Shown in pieces: positions 25,121-38,010 of a stretch of 64,000 bases of DNA. The translations under genes were made by a program, and so were the position numbers. The DNA is from Anolis carolinensis (taxonomy: Eukaryota): assembly GCF_035594765.1 (NCBI RefSeq), contig NC_085844.1, forward strand, positions 235,368,107 through 235,432,106, given 5' to 3'. Position 1 is the stretch's first letter. The number at the start of each line of letters is the position of its first letter. The notes below the pieces were generated by a model. The model was not told where the DNA came from. It saw only the letters and a list, made by a program, of their open reading frames with translations, and did no database searches.

Positions 25121-28100
25121 AATTGAATGCAAACTACCTTTGTGCTCTAAACTCAGTTTGCAGAAATTAAAGTAATTGGGGAAAAGTGGAGGACTGGGAC
25201 GTTCTAACATGAATTGCAAAAGTGGGACCCTAGAGGATTAAACTTCTGTACCTGGCAAATTGACATTGTTGGAAGGCATGGCATCCTTCAAGCTGGAAGA
25301 AAATCTGTTTCTCAAAAATAAACAAAACCCCCACTGATCCATATTTTAATATATGAAGTTGTTTCTGGGTGGATGTATTATGCAAAGCAGCTACATTAAT
25401 ATTCTTTATGTTGTCCTACTTTAAGCTATTCTGTTTATCAGCGCTATGTTCTGCTCATTGTGCAAATTCTAATCTTGATGTGGAGTTCACCTCATACAAA
25501 TCTTATCTTCTGGATCACACATGACCCACGCATGGCAGGTTTTGCAAAAACACTTTGTTCTCAAAGAGGTTGGACCAGAGCTCTGTCTTATTTGGCCATC
25601 AAGGGTTTTTGCAAGCTCCTTTTGGTTAAGGCTTTAGGTAAACTCCTTTCTCTAATTTAAATTTGCTGTGACTTCTCAAGCTTGGCAAAGCTCATCCTAA
25701 CTGGCAATGCCCTTGCTGAAGAAACCACAACAAAGAAATAAACATACGTTGAGGAAGTTGACTAGGTTTAAACAGAAAGCAAATCTAGGGGCAGTGAAAC
25801 AAGTTCAAAAGTGGCTGAGATGGAGATAATCTCTGAGTCTACCACTCCAAAACCGCTCTTGTTGACAGCTCTGTGGGAAGTGTTTGTTTTCCCCGGTGTT
25901 GCTAAGCCCAAGATTGAGATTCATTTTGTCCTAAAATGGATGGCATTCAAACTCTATCAGAGTGTCACTTGATCGTTTGGAGAGTGGAAAGGGAAAGCTT
26001 TTATGCCAGGAGAAAATTCCCCCCTCTTTCCACTCAAGAGAGAGGCAAAGAAAGCGCAGAAAGCCCCCCAACCCCACCCCATCCAAAAGGCTTAAATATC
26101 CTGAATCATTCCATCCACTTGAATATGCAGTACCTATCGAGACACAAAATAAAGCTTAAGTTGTTAGATTACAGCCAATGTTTTTGGGAACACAACAGCT
26201 GCACTAAGCTGCTTTGTAGGTTCACACCTGCATTTCTTCAAAAGCTGCCTATATTGGCTATAGACATATTACACAGTGGAGAAACTCTGATAGGGCTATA
26301 CTATGGGGGTAGGGTGAGTAAATTGCTCTTAAATAAAAAAAAATCTGCCACCACCTGATGTATTTTTCCTTCAGTCCTCAAATTTCCAGCATTGTAGAAG
26401 CCTAACATTTCAGCTCAACATTGGGAAAGGTAGTTTGGACATCCAAAGAAAAGTAGAAGGCAACATGAATAAGGGGTTGTGAATAAGAAATCTAGCAATG
26501 TCTCACTTTAGGTAGTGGTACACATTTGGGAAATGAAGGATATATATATTTTTGGAAAGGGGGAATCTGATGCCTGGGGGTTATTTCCTCATCTCCCCCC
26601 CCCCCCCCCCGCGCCCAACTTGCCGTATCTACAGCTTGATTGAGGAGGAGGAGGATGTACTTATTCATGGTTTTCTCAGGACTTGATGAAAACCCCTGCT
26701 TCATTTCTGGTAATTGAAAAGGAATGCTTTCCCTTCTTTTCAGAGAATGTGTTTTCTTTACACTAAATATGTGCATACCTATCAATACAATTATTATTTG
26801 AATATGAATTCCTTACTGCTATCATCATTATTTAAGGAAAGCAGGAAAGGGGCCACCTTTGCCAGTTTCAAGTGAGAGTTCTGTTTGCACAAGGATGACT
26901 CTGTGGAAGATTTCAATACAAATTCCTAGACAGATAGTCAGGAAAAGCATACACACATTCTGACCCTGCCTAGAGCAAAATAGGAGATGACACATGCTTC
27001 CTTCAAAAGCCTTTTGAGAATAAATAAAGCACGTGTGCTTTGCCAAGCAGTAAAACCCCTACAGTGCAGGGAAAAAAAATTAAGCTTGCTCTGTCCTTTA
27101 CCATGATCATGACTACCATTATTACTGTATTCTGCGCTACTTAAAGGCCAATGTGAAACTATTGTTTGCAAAACTTTGGAGCCAGCTTAGAAGAAGAGGA
27201 TACCATCTCCTTGCTCCATGTGTCCAGAGTTCTCCCACATCTTTCTTCCCAGCTGTGTAGTTCTGAAACAAACACAGCCTTAAGTCTAACTGGAAATCTT
27301 AGTCTCTGACATGAGAGTCCTTCATTTAATGACTGCCTTCAATCAGGTAAAAGTCACTGGACAGTCCAGGAGTCTGTCTTCTGTTGATCAGGATGCAGCA
27401 GACTGACATTCCTACTCCCTTCCCTCCAGTGATCTCTGTTGTGACAGCCATAAGTAGGATCTCTGTTGCAATCCCTCCTTGCTCAGGAGATTGCTAGAGG
27501 GAGGAGGCTGGGAACATCTGTCTGCTGTGTCTTGAACAACAGGAAGACAGATCACTGTTGCTTGCAGCACCTGCTGCCTAGTAAGTCAGGACTGGAGGGA
27601 GGTGTCTGGCCAAGAGACAGTGTTTCGCTACATGACTAAGCTAAGTAGCTGATCTAGAATACTGGCCAAAATGTGTGGCTGGACAGAATCCATCCTATGC
27701 TAAATCATTATGAAAATTGCTGCTAATCTCAGAAGAGACAGAGAAATCGGAGATGGGTGCCCAATGCCCTCAATGCTTCTAGTCAAACTGTCTGAGTACT
27801 TTGGCCCTGTGAACTCTGATACTGCTATACTATTTTCAATACATTGATATTCCCATTTCTTTCACACAAATTTCAAGGTATGTATATGTGTAATTCCAGC
27901 CCTTCTCCCATCCTCCACAAGCTGACTATGTACAATAATGCTGTAAAGGGTGCCAATGTTTTTAATAACCAAAATGTAGATATGGGCGGCTAAGACCCTA
28001 TTGCTTTGCAAATTCATGATGATAGAAAGATCTGAATTTATTAGAAAAAGCCCAGCGAGCTGTACAAGGGACACATTTCTGTGTTGGTTGTACTCTTAGG

Positions 28101-28621
28101 AAAAGCTTATTGTATTTTCAAAAATTACACAAAATCCCATGTTTCTGTTCTTTGCACATAGTGAACAGGAATATAAAACCATAAAACTTTTCTGAACATA
28201 TGCATGTGTGAATAGCTGTAACATTGTATGTAATAGCTATCTATATATGTTGCAGGGGGAAACAAATCTATGAGTGTACGGTCGACACAATGTGTGTAAA
28301 TTCTGTTGAATAGACATGTGAACCCCATGTAGTTTTTGTTCCATTGAGTCCCCAAGGCATCAGTTTGAATGAAGGTCCTTGAAATAAGACTTCAATATAT
28401 GCTGAATAGGTAGAACTAGCTGAACCATTTATTCTGAAAATGACACAACCACATTAATGGGACTGAAGTTCAATATAAAGGCAACCCACCCATTGTTTGG
28501 GGCTTCGCCTTTGTCAGCACAAAGTAAAGGAATGTTTAGCAAAAAAACCTAAGGGCCAATGACTAACCTAAGGGCCAATGACTAACTGATATGAATAGCT
28601 AGCCCATAATGTCAACAGAGT

Positions 28622-29098
28622 ATATTATTTTTATTTTATTATTTTATTTACAGTATTTATATTCCGCCCTTCTCACCCCGAAGGAGACTCAGGGCGGATC
28701 ACATTATAACACACATAGGGCAAACATTCAATGCCCATAAACACATCAAACAGAGACTGAGAGACACACGCAGAGGCAAGTTAACCTTCTTCTGAGGGGA
28801 TGTTCGATTCTAGCCACAGGGGGGAGCAGCTGCTTCATCATCCACACTGATGGCACTTCCTCACTTCCTCATTCCAGGTCGTAAATTAGTTAATCTTGCC
28901 TCCCCACTTTAGTGGTACCTTATCTCCTACTTGATAGATGCAACTATCTTTCGGGTTGCTAGGTCAGCAACGAGCAGGGGCTATTTTTTATTTTTAATTG
29001 ACGGGTGCTCACCCCGCCACGGGCTGGCCTCGAACTCATGACCTCATGGTCAGAGTGATTTAAGGCAGCTGCTCAACAGCTGCGCCACAGCCCGGCCC
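28622..29098 (-). mobile_element. Full-length tRNA-derived SINE with L2-type tail
   Basis: Minus strand: GGGCCGGGCTGTGGCGCAGCTG (A box), GAGTTCGAGGCC (B box), Sauria-like core, CCGCCCTGAGTCTCCTTCGGGGTGAGAAGGGCGG and A-rich tail. Confidence 0.85.
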
Positions 29099-30709
29099 TG
29101 GTATACACAAAGGGAGGGCACAGTTAGTTTTAAACATCTGCTAACAGCATCTGTGAGAGCATTTTACCCTCCCTAGCATCCACTGCAATTGGCCTTTAGA
29201 TGAATGGCATGTCCAACACTGTTCCATCAAGCTTTCCAGCATTAATACCACTCCTTGATTTTAAAGGGTTCTCCTGTTTTATTGGAATATAAGAATTTTA
29301 TTCTGTTGTTTTCAGGTTTCCTTTTAAAAAAGAGAAAGAGGGAATGAAATTGCAGAAGTTAAGAGTTTTATAATAAAATCTACTCAACTGCTCACTGAGG
29401 GGAAAGGTGATTAAAAAAATATTTTTAAAAAAACATAAACTACATAACACTGGGAAATCATTTATTCCCAAAGCAACTCTGTGAGCAAAGTCCAAGCTAC
29501 AAAAGCAAAAGGCTAGGAATTCCAAGGTGAAAAAGAAGAAAAAAAAACAAGTGCAATAAAGTTAATTATTATGTCCAGATTCATCCCCCAAAAAAGGCTG
29601 ACAAATAGCCTACTTTGTAAGAATAATAAGATATTCCAATGAGAGTCCAAGTTCATCATCATTAGCATGATAACATTGTAAAGATATTGGTGTCTAAAAA
29701 TACCTAAAAATGTATTGAAACTGAGTATCAGAACCATATACGTATTGCTTGGAGCAAAACCAAATGAAAAATTAAATTTCACTATTGAGTGTTTGGCATT
29801 TTGTGAAATATCCAGGCTGATTTGTACAAGACATGGGGGTTCATGAACCTCACCTAAGTAGGTTTCCATGGAATGTTTAAATCACATTGTACTTAAAAAT
29901 CACTGATTTATTGTTTAAATAAAGTTGTGATGCTATAAAGGATAGATAAGGGCTTTTTCCATTCTGAATCTTGTAATCATCGCCTTATGGCCTCCAAGAC
30001 AGATTATAGTTTAGATAGTTTTCTTTATACACCAACTTTGACTCCTAATAGTCAAGGCATGTGTTTCAAATAGAATGGGAGGGCAGGGTATCTCAATCAG
30101 CAGCATTTTCTGTAGGTTTGATGAAGCGAGAGGTTTAGCTGTCTTTCAACAAAGTAATTCAGAAACACGACAGCTATATCATTAAGCAGACATAATAGCA
30201 TTTAAAAGTTGTCCTTTGTAAGAATCACTAGCAAAGTGGAAGAAAAGTGTTTTATATAACGGTGAGTTACCATTACCTAACTGGTTTATTCACAAAAGTA
30301 ACTGCCACCCATTCCACCATCGTTCATACACCCACCTCTTTCCCAGATGCCATAAATAGATCAGAAAAGTTTCTGCAGATGAGCATGACCCCATTTGTTT
30401 GTGCACTTAGCCATGTATGAATCATTCTTGGCTGGTAGCAGCTCTCTGGAATTACTGAAAGATAACTAGTCAACAGGCAAACCAATAAATGAATCACGTT
30501 TTCCATAAGACTATACCTTTGGCCTTCTGTAGACACCAATCGGAAAGTCAAAAGTGGGGAGGGGGAAAACAAAGATATTACTCATGTTCTTTACACAACA
30601 CTAATCAAAGTTGATTCATGAGCTGAGGATTTATTACTAGAAATCCTTTGAACGGAGGGGCAGGAGGCAGCATAGCAAGTCTGCAAATGGGAAGACGAAA
30701 CCAATTCAA

Positions 30710-31040
30710 GAATGTACAGTTGGGGTCACCCCATCGTAAAAAAAGACCACAGAACTGCAAACAAACCAAGAAGGTGGCAAGCAGGATGATCAAGGGCTGG
30801 AACGTGTTCCCTACAATAACTTTCTCAGGCATTTGAATCCTTGTAAATTAGGAGGTTAGGAGAGAAATCAGAGAAAATGAGGCTTATAAAATTATACACA
30901 CTGGGGGGAAAAATGGAAAGAGGTACAATTTTCTCCCAACTTTATAATACTATAATATTGAGTTGTGCAACTGAACTAATGATTAGTAGTGGACTAAGGA
31001 TAAACAAGAGGAATGAAGCATGGAATTAAATGCAGATGAC
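30710..31040 (+). mobile_element. Old CR1 fragment
   Basis: Degenerate similarity to CR1 ORF2 3' region (AGAAGGTGGCAAGCAGGATGATCAAGGGCTGGA). Confidence 0.55.
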
Positions 31041-34000
31041 AGCTACTCCCAAGTGCTTGAAAAATGCTACCTTTTTAATACAATTCCCAGAATCTACAAT
31101 GTACCTCTTTGAAGCTTTAGAATGAATGGACTTTTCATTTAACTCACCAAGGCTCCTGTTCTTTTCTCTGAGGTTGCCTCTACACTGTAGAGCCAATGCA
31201 GTTCGACACTACTTTAAGTGCCATGGCTCAATGCTATGGAATCCTAGGATCTGTAGTTTGACAGGGCACCAGCATTCTTTGACAGGAAAGACTAAAGACT
31301 ACAGCTCCCATTATCCTATAGCATTGAGCAATGACAGTTAAAGTGGTTATGAACAGCATTAATTCTACAATGTGAGTTTTTCTCTCCTAGTACGGCTATA
31401 ATATAATATGTATCTCCTACAATCAAATCATACGCGATGCCTAGAATCATATAATCAGCTGAGATCTGAGGGTCACTTAATAAAGACTTTTCAATATGTA
31501 ATAAACTGGGGAGATGTAATATCTCGGCACTAACTAATGGGTCTGTTTTAGCTCACATTTGTTGACTATAATAGCATGAAGTTATAGCATATATGTGTGC
31601 ACACATTCATGCACAAGTGCATAAACTGGTCTGCCTATCCAAACTTTCTGAAAACTGGATTTCAGAAGATGACGCTGGATTGTAGTAGTAGATAGGGTGA
31701 TGGGCATGCTTAACATTTCTTCTACTAGCAGTGCGAGGTATTCACAGCTTGCAGCTGTCTGGGCTACCATGAACAGAAATAAAATACATGGGATCTGAGC
31801 TATTAAACATCATTAAAATGCTGCAGTGTATGTTCCAGTGTATACTTTCTAAATATATTTCTTTCTTGCCCCAGGACACATATCTTTGAAATGGGTCCAT
31901 TTTCCCTTCCCTACCACCATTATCATCACAGAAATCTACATTTAAAAGAAATCTTTGTATGTTGGCCATATTAGTACCTAACTTTAACAGTTGCAACATT
32001 TTTTAAAAAAATGCAAGATTAAACCACTAGAAACACATATAAGTAATCAATAGCTCTTTGTTTGGCTGCAGATAAGTTCTTATAACTAATACCCTTGTGT
32101 GGCCTAAGGCACTTTTGGCACAGCAAGCAAAATATTAAGATGTTCCCATTGAACAGGAACTAAACATTTCACAAATAAATGCAATTATTGAAAAATTCAG
32201 CCAATGTTTACATTTTTAATAGCCCTGTAAATAGCTGTCCTAGCTTTTAAATTTTAACAGTCTCTAAACTCAGTAGGCTTATTCACTATTTTATTCCTTG
32301 GAAATAAATTATAATGATAACTAACCATTACACTTAACATGTGGCAAATAATAGCATGGGATGATATGGGTAACATTCCACACCATCTTCAATTAAACAT
32401 CAAAACACCTACAAAGTGATTGGCGGAGAAATCACGTTAGGATACAACCAAAACCTACAGAGCTACCCTTTGTAAATTTTATTTTCTGGAAAGCTGTAGA
32501 CATTAGGCAAGGCTACAGTAACAGACCCAATCCTATAGAATTAGCATTCTAATCAAACATTTACATAGCAGTGAGTCACAGTAACTGTACAAAAATCTAC
32601 TGATACAGTATTTAGAATGTGGATAAGAGCCACTCTATATGTTTCAGAAGCCCCTTTCAGTGAATGCAGCACAGTAGTTAAAGTGCTGGCTGGTCCAGGA
32701 CTTTGGGAAATCCACATTCAAATCTGTGCGGAGCCATGATGCTCACTGTCTAAGCTCTGTCTGTCATGTGAAGATTGGAAGAGATCCATGTGCATTGCCT
32801 TAAACTAACTGGAGAAAGGTTAGGATATAAAATAACTAACAAATAAACAAAATGGCAGTGATAGGTTTGACTCACACATAACACGTACGTTTCCTGATGT
32901 CTTCAGTGCTTGCACCACAGTTGAATATCTCATGCAATACCAAGGGGTGTGGGTGTAATATATGCAATGGTTTCTATTTATATGCAAGTCATTACTTGCT
33001 AATAACTAGCCCAGTATGAAGTGAAAACAATCTATAGGATGAAGCCGTCTACTCTAAATTCTAACATGGGCAAATCAAAGACAGGGCATTGGTTAAACTG
33101 GATGTTGATGTTAAAATAAAAAGGGTTTGAAATGGGAGCATACAGCTAAAGGGTAGAGCATGAACTTCCAAGTGCAGAAGGTCTCATGTATGGTCCTCAT
33201 CATCTCCAGATAAAAGGGAAAGACCTTCTCTGTTAGACCACCCCTGCCATTAACAGTAGGTAATTCTAAGCCTAGATGGACAAATATTCCTAGGCATGGA
33301 ACAAAAGCAACCCACTGTATTTGTGAGGATGAGATCTTACATTTGGATTTCCCAGCACAGATTTTTGCATGTAGAACCCTTGTGCTGAATGGCACTATTG
33401 TACAACTACATGTGTAACTGAATTTACAACCAAACGCACAATCAAATATGCATCCACACACGCAATATTAGTGCATGTGTCACTTTGCTCCCATGATTTT
33501 GAACTGAATGAGGCCTTTCCACGTCAGATAAAAGTGATCAACTGCTTCCCAATGGAACTTACACATGTATAAAGAACACCAACAGGACTGCGGTGTACGT
33601 ATTCCACTTGGAAGATCAGAAGTGCACAAGTCATGCCAAAAAAACAGAACCAAAAATGGATAGGATAATGAACACAAAAAGAGATGTGACTTTGCAGTGG
33701 ATTATTAGAATGTGGGCTTTGACATGCTAGAGAGGCTTCACTTTCAGATCTACATCAGTGGAGGATTCAGAAAGACAAACATTTTAAATTGTAATTTGGA
33801 GAACAGTATCTATCATTTGGCTAACAGCATCTTACACACACAAGGCAATTGGACTTATAACCATGAAAGTAGCTTCCCATCTACAGATGGTGTCTTCCAC
33901 TATGAGGCAAAAAATTCTAATAATGCCCCTGAAATGTACAAGGAGGAAGTTAAGATTGTTCTTATGCCTATTGAGCTGTAGTGGTACAGTAGAGATAAGG

Positions 34001-34488
34001 CTCACAATAACAGCCAGTGGCATCACTACAGTTGGTCACCCCCAAATGATTAGGTGACATGGGGCAAAGGGAGGAAGATGTTGCACCAAAAGAGAACTGA
34101 GGCCAAAATTAAAAAGCTTAAGGCACCGCACAACTGGCAGTATGGAAAAGGAAGTGCACCTGACATGGAGAGTCACCAAAATCTTACATGTGGGAGAGGA
34201 GCCAAAAAGAAGGCTGGCCTGGCTGGACATGGCACCAGGGATATTTGTTTTAAAATAAATTTCTGCCGATTTCCCCAGCACCAGTGGATTGTTGTATTCT
34301 GTCAGCAGTTGAAATATTAAGTGGTTTGGAGTGGCTTGATCCTCAATGTGTAATTAAGACCCATTAGATTTTGGACACACATGCTGCAGGCAGAGGTGAA
34401 AGTACTGAAATTGGTTAATAAGGATACCTACATTTCTTCTTGGGGATTCCCATTATTACCTCCTCCACATCAAAATTTTGTTCTAGGC

Positions 34489-34624
34489 CTGTGGTTTTGA
34501 GCCTTTGGTCCCTTGGGTGTTTTGGACTTCAGCTCACAGAAGCTCCAACCAGTTTGGCTAACTGTCATGTATTCTGGAAGCTGAAGTCCAAAACACCCGG
34601 AGGCCCAGAGATTGGGAACCATTG
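34489..34624. mobile_element. Palindromic hAT MITE
   Basis: Exact 8-bp TSD TTCTAGGC (34481-34488, 34625-34632). Confidence 0.88.
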
Positions 34625-36828
34625 TTCTAGGCTATCACTCAAATATCATTGTAAGAACAAGCCCGTCTGTATTAAACCAATTATACTGCCAGCCCAGAAT
34701 ATCATTTCCAGCAATGATTTAGTCCAAGTCCAATGAGTAATTTCTGAATGTGGAAAATATGAAGAAGTGAGAATGCAAAATGAAGAGTGAACGTTGTACT
34801 ATTCGCTTTGCCAAAATAAATTCAACCTACAGACCGAAGATCCGTTAAATGGATTTTTATTCCTATGCGTATTTGTGGCACAGGCTGGAATGCATCCAGT
34901 TTCTCAATACAGCTGTTTGCAGTAATATTGAGCTGTCTTTGACTTCCATGCTGTGAATGTCTGCTTTGGGATTCAATTCTGACCCAACTGCAGTCTATGT
35001 CAAATCCCTACAGATTTGGGTAGTCTGGACTGCTGGCATCTAGATATATATGTCTCTTCAACTACACATATGCCTGAAAGTCTATTTTAAGAAGACTTCA
35101 AGGTAAATACGTATCAGGGGAACTTTTAATGTATAGTGTTCTCTCTAAAAAGCACTCTGGGCCAATTCACCTAGACAAATCCCTTAGGTTAATAACCCTT
35201 CAGCTTCCTAATAATCAAAAAGAGGCAGAGGGGACAAAGGTATAAAACACTGCTAGAGGTCTTGAAGAAAAAGTTAGTAGTTCACTGGAGAAAAAATGCT
35301 TGTGTTAATCCTATGCAACAGAAGCACCATGGAGTAATGTAAACACAGATTGAAGTATATTTACATCAAGGATGAAGAAAAGACCTTAAACCTTTACAAC
35401 ATTGCATTACAAAATGGCCTCTTAAGAGTTTAAATAATACTTCAATGTTATGTGAATAATCTTTGGGTTCAGGTACATCCCTTTTCTTCAGTGCAGCTGT
35501 AAGGATGAAATGTGAAGCTTTTGCACACATTTTCAATTAACCACAGTTTAGTGTTCCACCTGAACCATAAAGTAAAGTCAACCTCAATCGTAGTTTATTG
35601 AATCAAGGCAACTTCATAAGCCATTGTTTGAAAGCTTGTTTCAGTAAATCATAGTTCAGATAGAACACTGAAGTATAGTTAATAAGGAAGCAAAACACAT
35701 TGGATTTCATCCTTGCAGCCAAAGGGGTGAGAGGGGGATCACATAAGCCGATGGTGCATCTATTCACACTACCCTTCTGCAACTAGAGTTTAGCCTTTCA
35801 TTCAAATAAGGATGGTGACATTGCATTTAAACTCATAAATGGACTGTTCAACCAGACTTTGTTTACAACAGCCACTTGCATTCAACAGAAGGGATCAAAC
35901 TTGTAATAAGGGCCACTATACACATTACTGTACACTTATCATGGAACTATGACTAGATGCTCTTGTTTTATGACATCAAATACTGGTGGTACAGATTTTG
36001 CTCAGATGAAAACAATGTCTGAATAGGGTACTTTCTGAAACAGGTTTACATGATTTGTTGCTTAAAATCTTAGAAAGAAAGTAAATGATGCCACTGTTTG
36101 GAATAGCATTCTCTCTTCTATCTTTATTAAAAAGGGCAACCGAAATTAGATATCCTTTGGATGGTGAAATGTCAACCACTGATTGGCTGAGTTGGTGTTG
36201 CCACATTGAAAATTTAGTTGCTAATGGAACTCATGCAATTACAATCTAGCATCTATAGCGGAACCGAATATTAACAGTTTTGAAAGAGAAACTCAAGAGA
36301 TTGGAAACTGAGAAGAAGTCTCAAGCCACAGAAAAAATCAGGGACTCTGGGAATCCCGTGGCAAAGATGGTGAAGGAAAAGCAAATAGAAAAGGGAAGTC
36401 TGGAGTAAGAACAAAAGAAATGGGGAACTAAAGGACAATGGGGCAAGAGAGAAGGCTCTGAAGTAATATCACAAGGCTTAAGATCAGATGGCATTCTATG
36501 GGTGAGCAAGAAAGATCATTGTGGTATGAATAAGAGGATAGCTGGAGGACAGATGACAAAAGCTAGATGAAATAAAAGCAACACCAGAGGGTGGGGAGAA
36601 AAAAAGGAAAGTACCAAGATCTAAGGACTACTTATAAGAAGGAAGTGGACAAGGCAGCGGTAGGGAGTAGAGACACAAGGGGTGCAAGTTCGTGTCTACC
36701 CCTGATAATAGAACCATTCCTTGTGAAAATTCTGCTATTACTATGGTATTGCATCCCAGCACAGTGCATACAAACACATATGTGCTTGTGTTTATGTTTT
36801 GGGAGCATTAGGAACTGCATATGTTTGT

Positions 36829-36990
36829 AGGTGCCTTCAAGTCACCTGTCAATTTATGGTGACCTTATGAATTTCATAGAGCTTTCTTAAGCAAGAAATA
36901 CTCAGAGGTGGTTTTGCCAGTTCCTCCCTATTGGAATATACACTTCCATTGGCAGTCTCCCATTCAAGTATTAACCAAGGCTGACCCTCC
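36829..36990 (-). mobile_element. 5S-derived SINE
   Basis: Reverse complement has GGTCAGCCTTGGTTAATACTTGAATGGGAGACTGCC (5S internal control region) plus the family tail. Confidence 0.7.
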
Positions 36991-37864
36991 CACACCAGCC
37001 CTTAGGGTATTTATAGAACTTTGCATATTGATTCAAAACCACATCACAGCTATATGAGTGCATCATGTTACTTATTCTAGGTCATATTGCTTATGGTACT
37101 CAAATACCCAAAGACTGATTTACGATTATCATGTTGGGTATGGTATGTTCCCTTCCACCACAAGCAGGGGCTACCTGATTCTTTTGGATTTGTACCTGCC
37201 AATATCGCAGCTACATGTAAAAGGGGTGCAGGAGCATCCACTATTGGTCAGGAATTCACATATGCGGCTACTCAAATGACTTAAGTTCCCTTAAGTGTCC
37301 CCAGAAGGCACTATTTCAAGAAGGAACCTTGATATCAGAATTAGACATTATTATTTGGTGAATTCTGGATGTTATTGAATTTTACTGTACAGCCAGCACA
37401 GTTACCCTTCGATATGTCTTCTGGATTTTGAAGATACTACCCCTTTTAGTTGCAACAGGGAGATCCTAAAGAGGAAGCCAATGCAGTGGGATTCAACTCT
37501 TTGAAGTTTCTACCCGCAACAAAGTTTCTTGTTTTTTAAAAAAATCGGGACTGCATTTTGTGAGTTTTGCTTATACAGCACCATAAGGCTTTCCAGATGC
37601 AACCATACAGGGACTTTTTGAGAAATTCAATATTCTCTGTCTAAGAAAGGGGCAGGACAGAAACAGCCTAGAACTCAACATAAGTTGCTGTTTTTCTTGC
37701 TAATGGAGTTAACTTTTTGTTTCCTGGATTTTACGACTATGTCTGCCAGAGCCCACTTGACCAAAGAGAAGAGTGGTCAGTCAAGGACATTCTCTCCACA
37801 CCATCTAACCTAACAACAAACGTAAGCCTGTAATTCTAATATCATTTTTTATCTCCTATAAGAT

Positions 37865-38010
37865 TTTTAATACTATTGCCTGATGAAGAAGCCAGATGAA
37901 CTTTGAAAGCTTGCATAGTGTCTTTTATGTATGTTTAGTTGTCCCAATAAATAACTGCTTTGTGGATTTTGGATGATAATTGTATTTTGCGGAATGGCTA
38001 ACACAGCTCA
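37865..38010 (+). mobile_element. Penelope-like terminal fragment with hammerhead-like motif
   Basis: CTGATGA...GAAAGCTT, downstream AATAAA, TGGCTAACACAGCT end. Confidence 0.5.
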
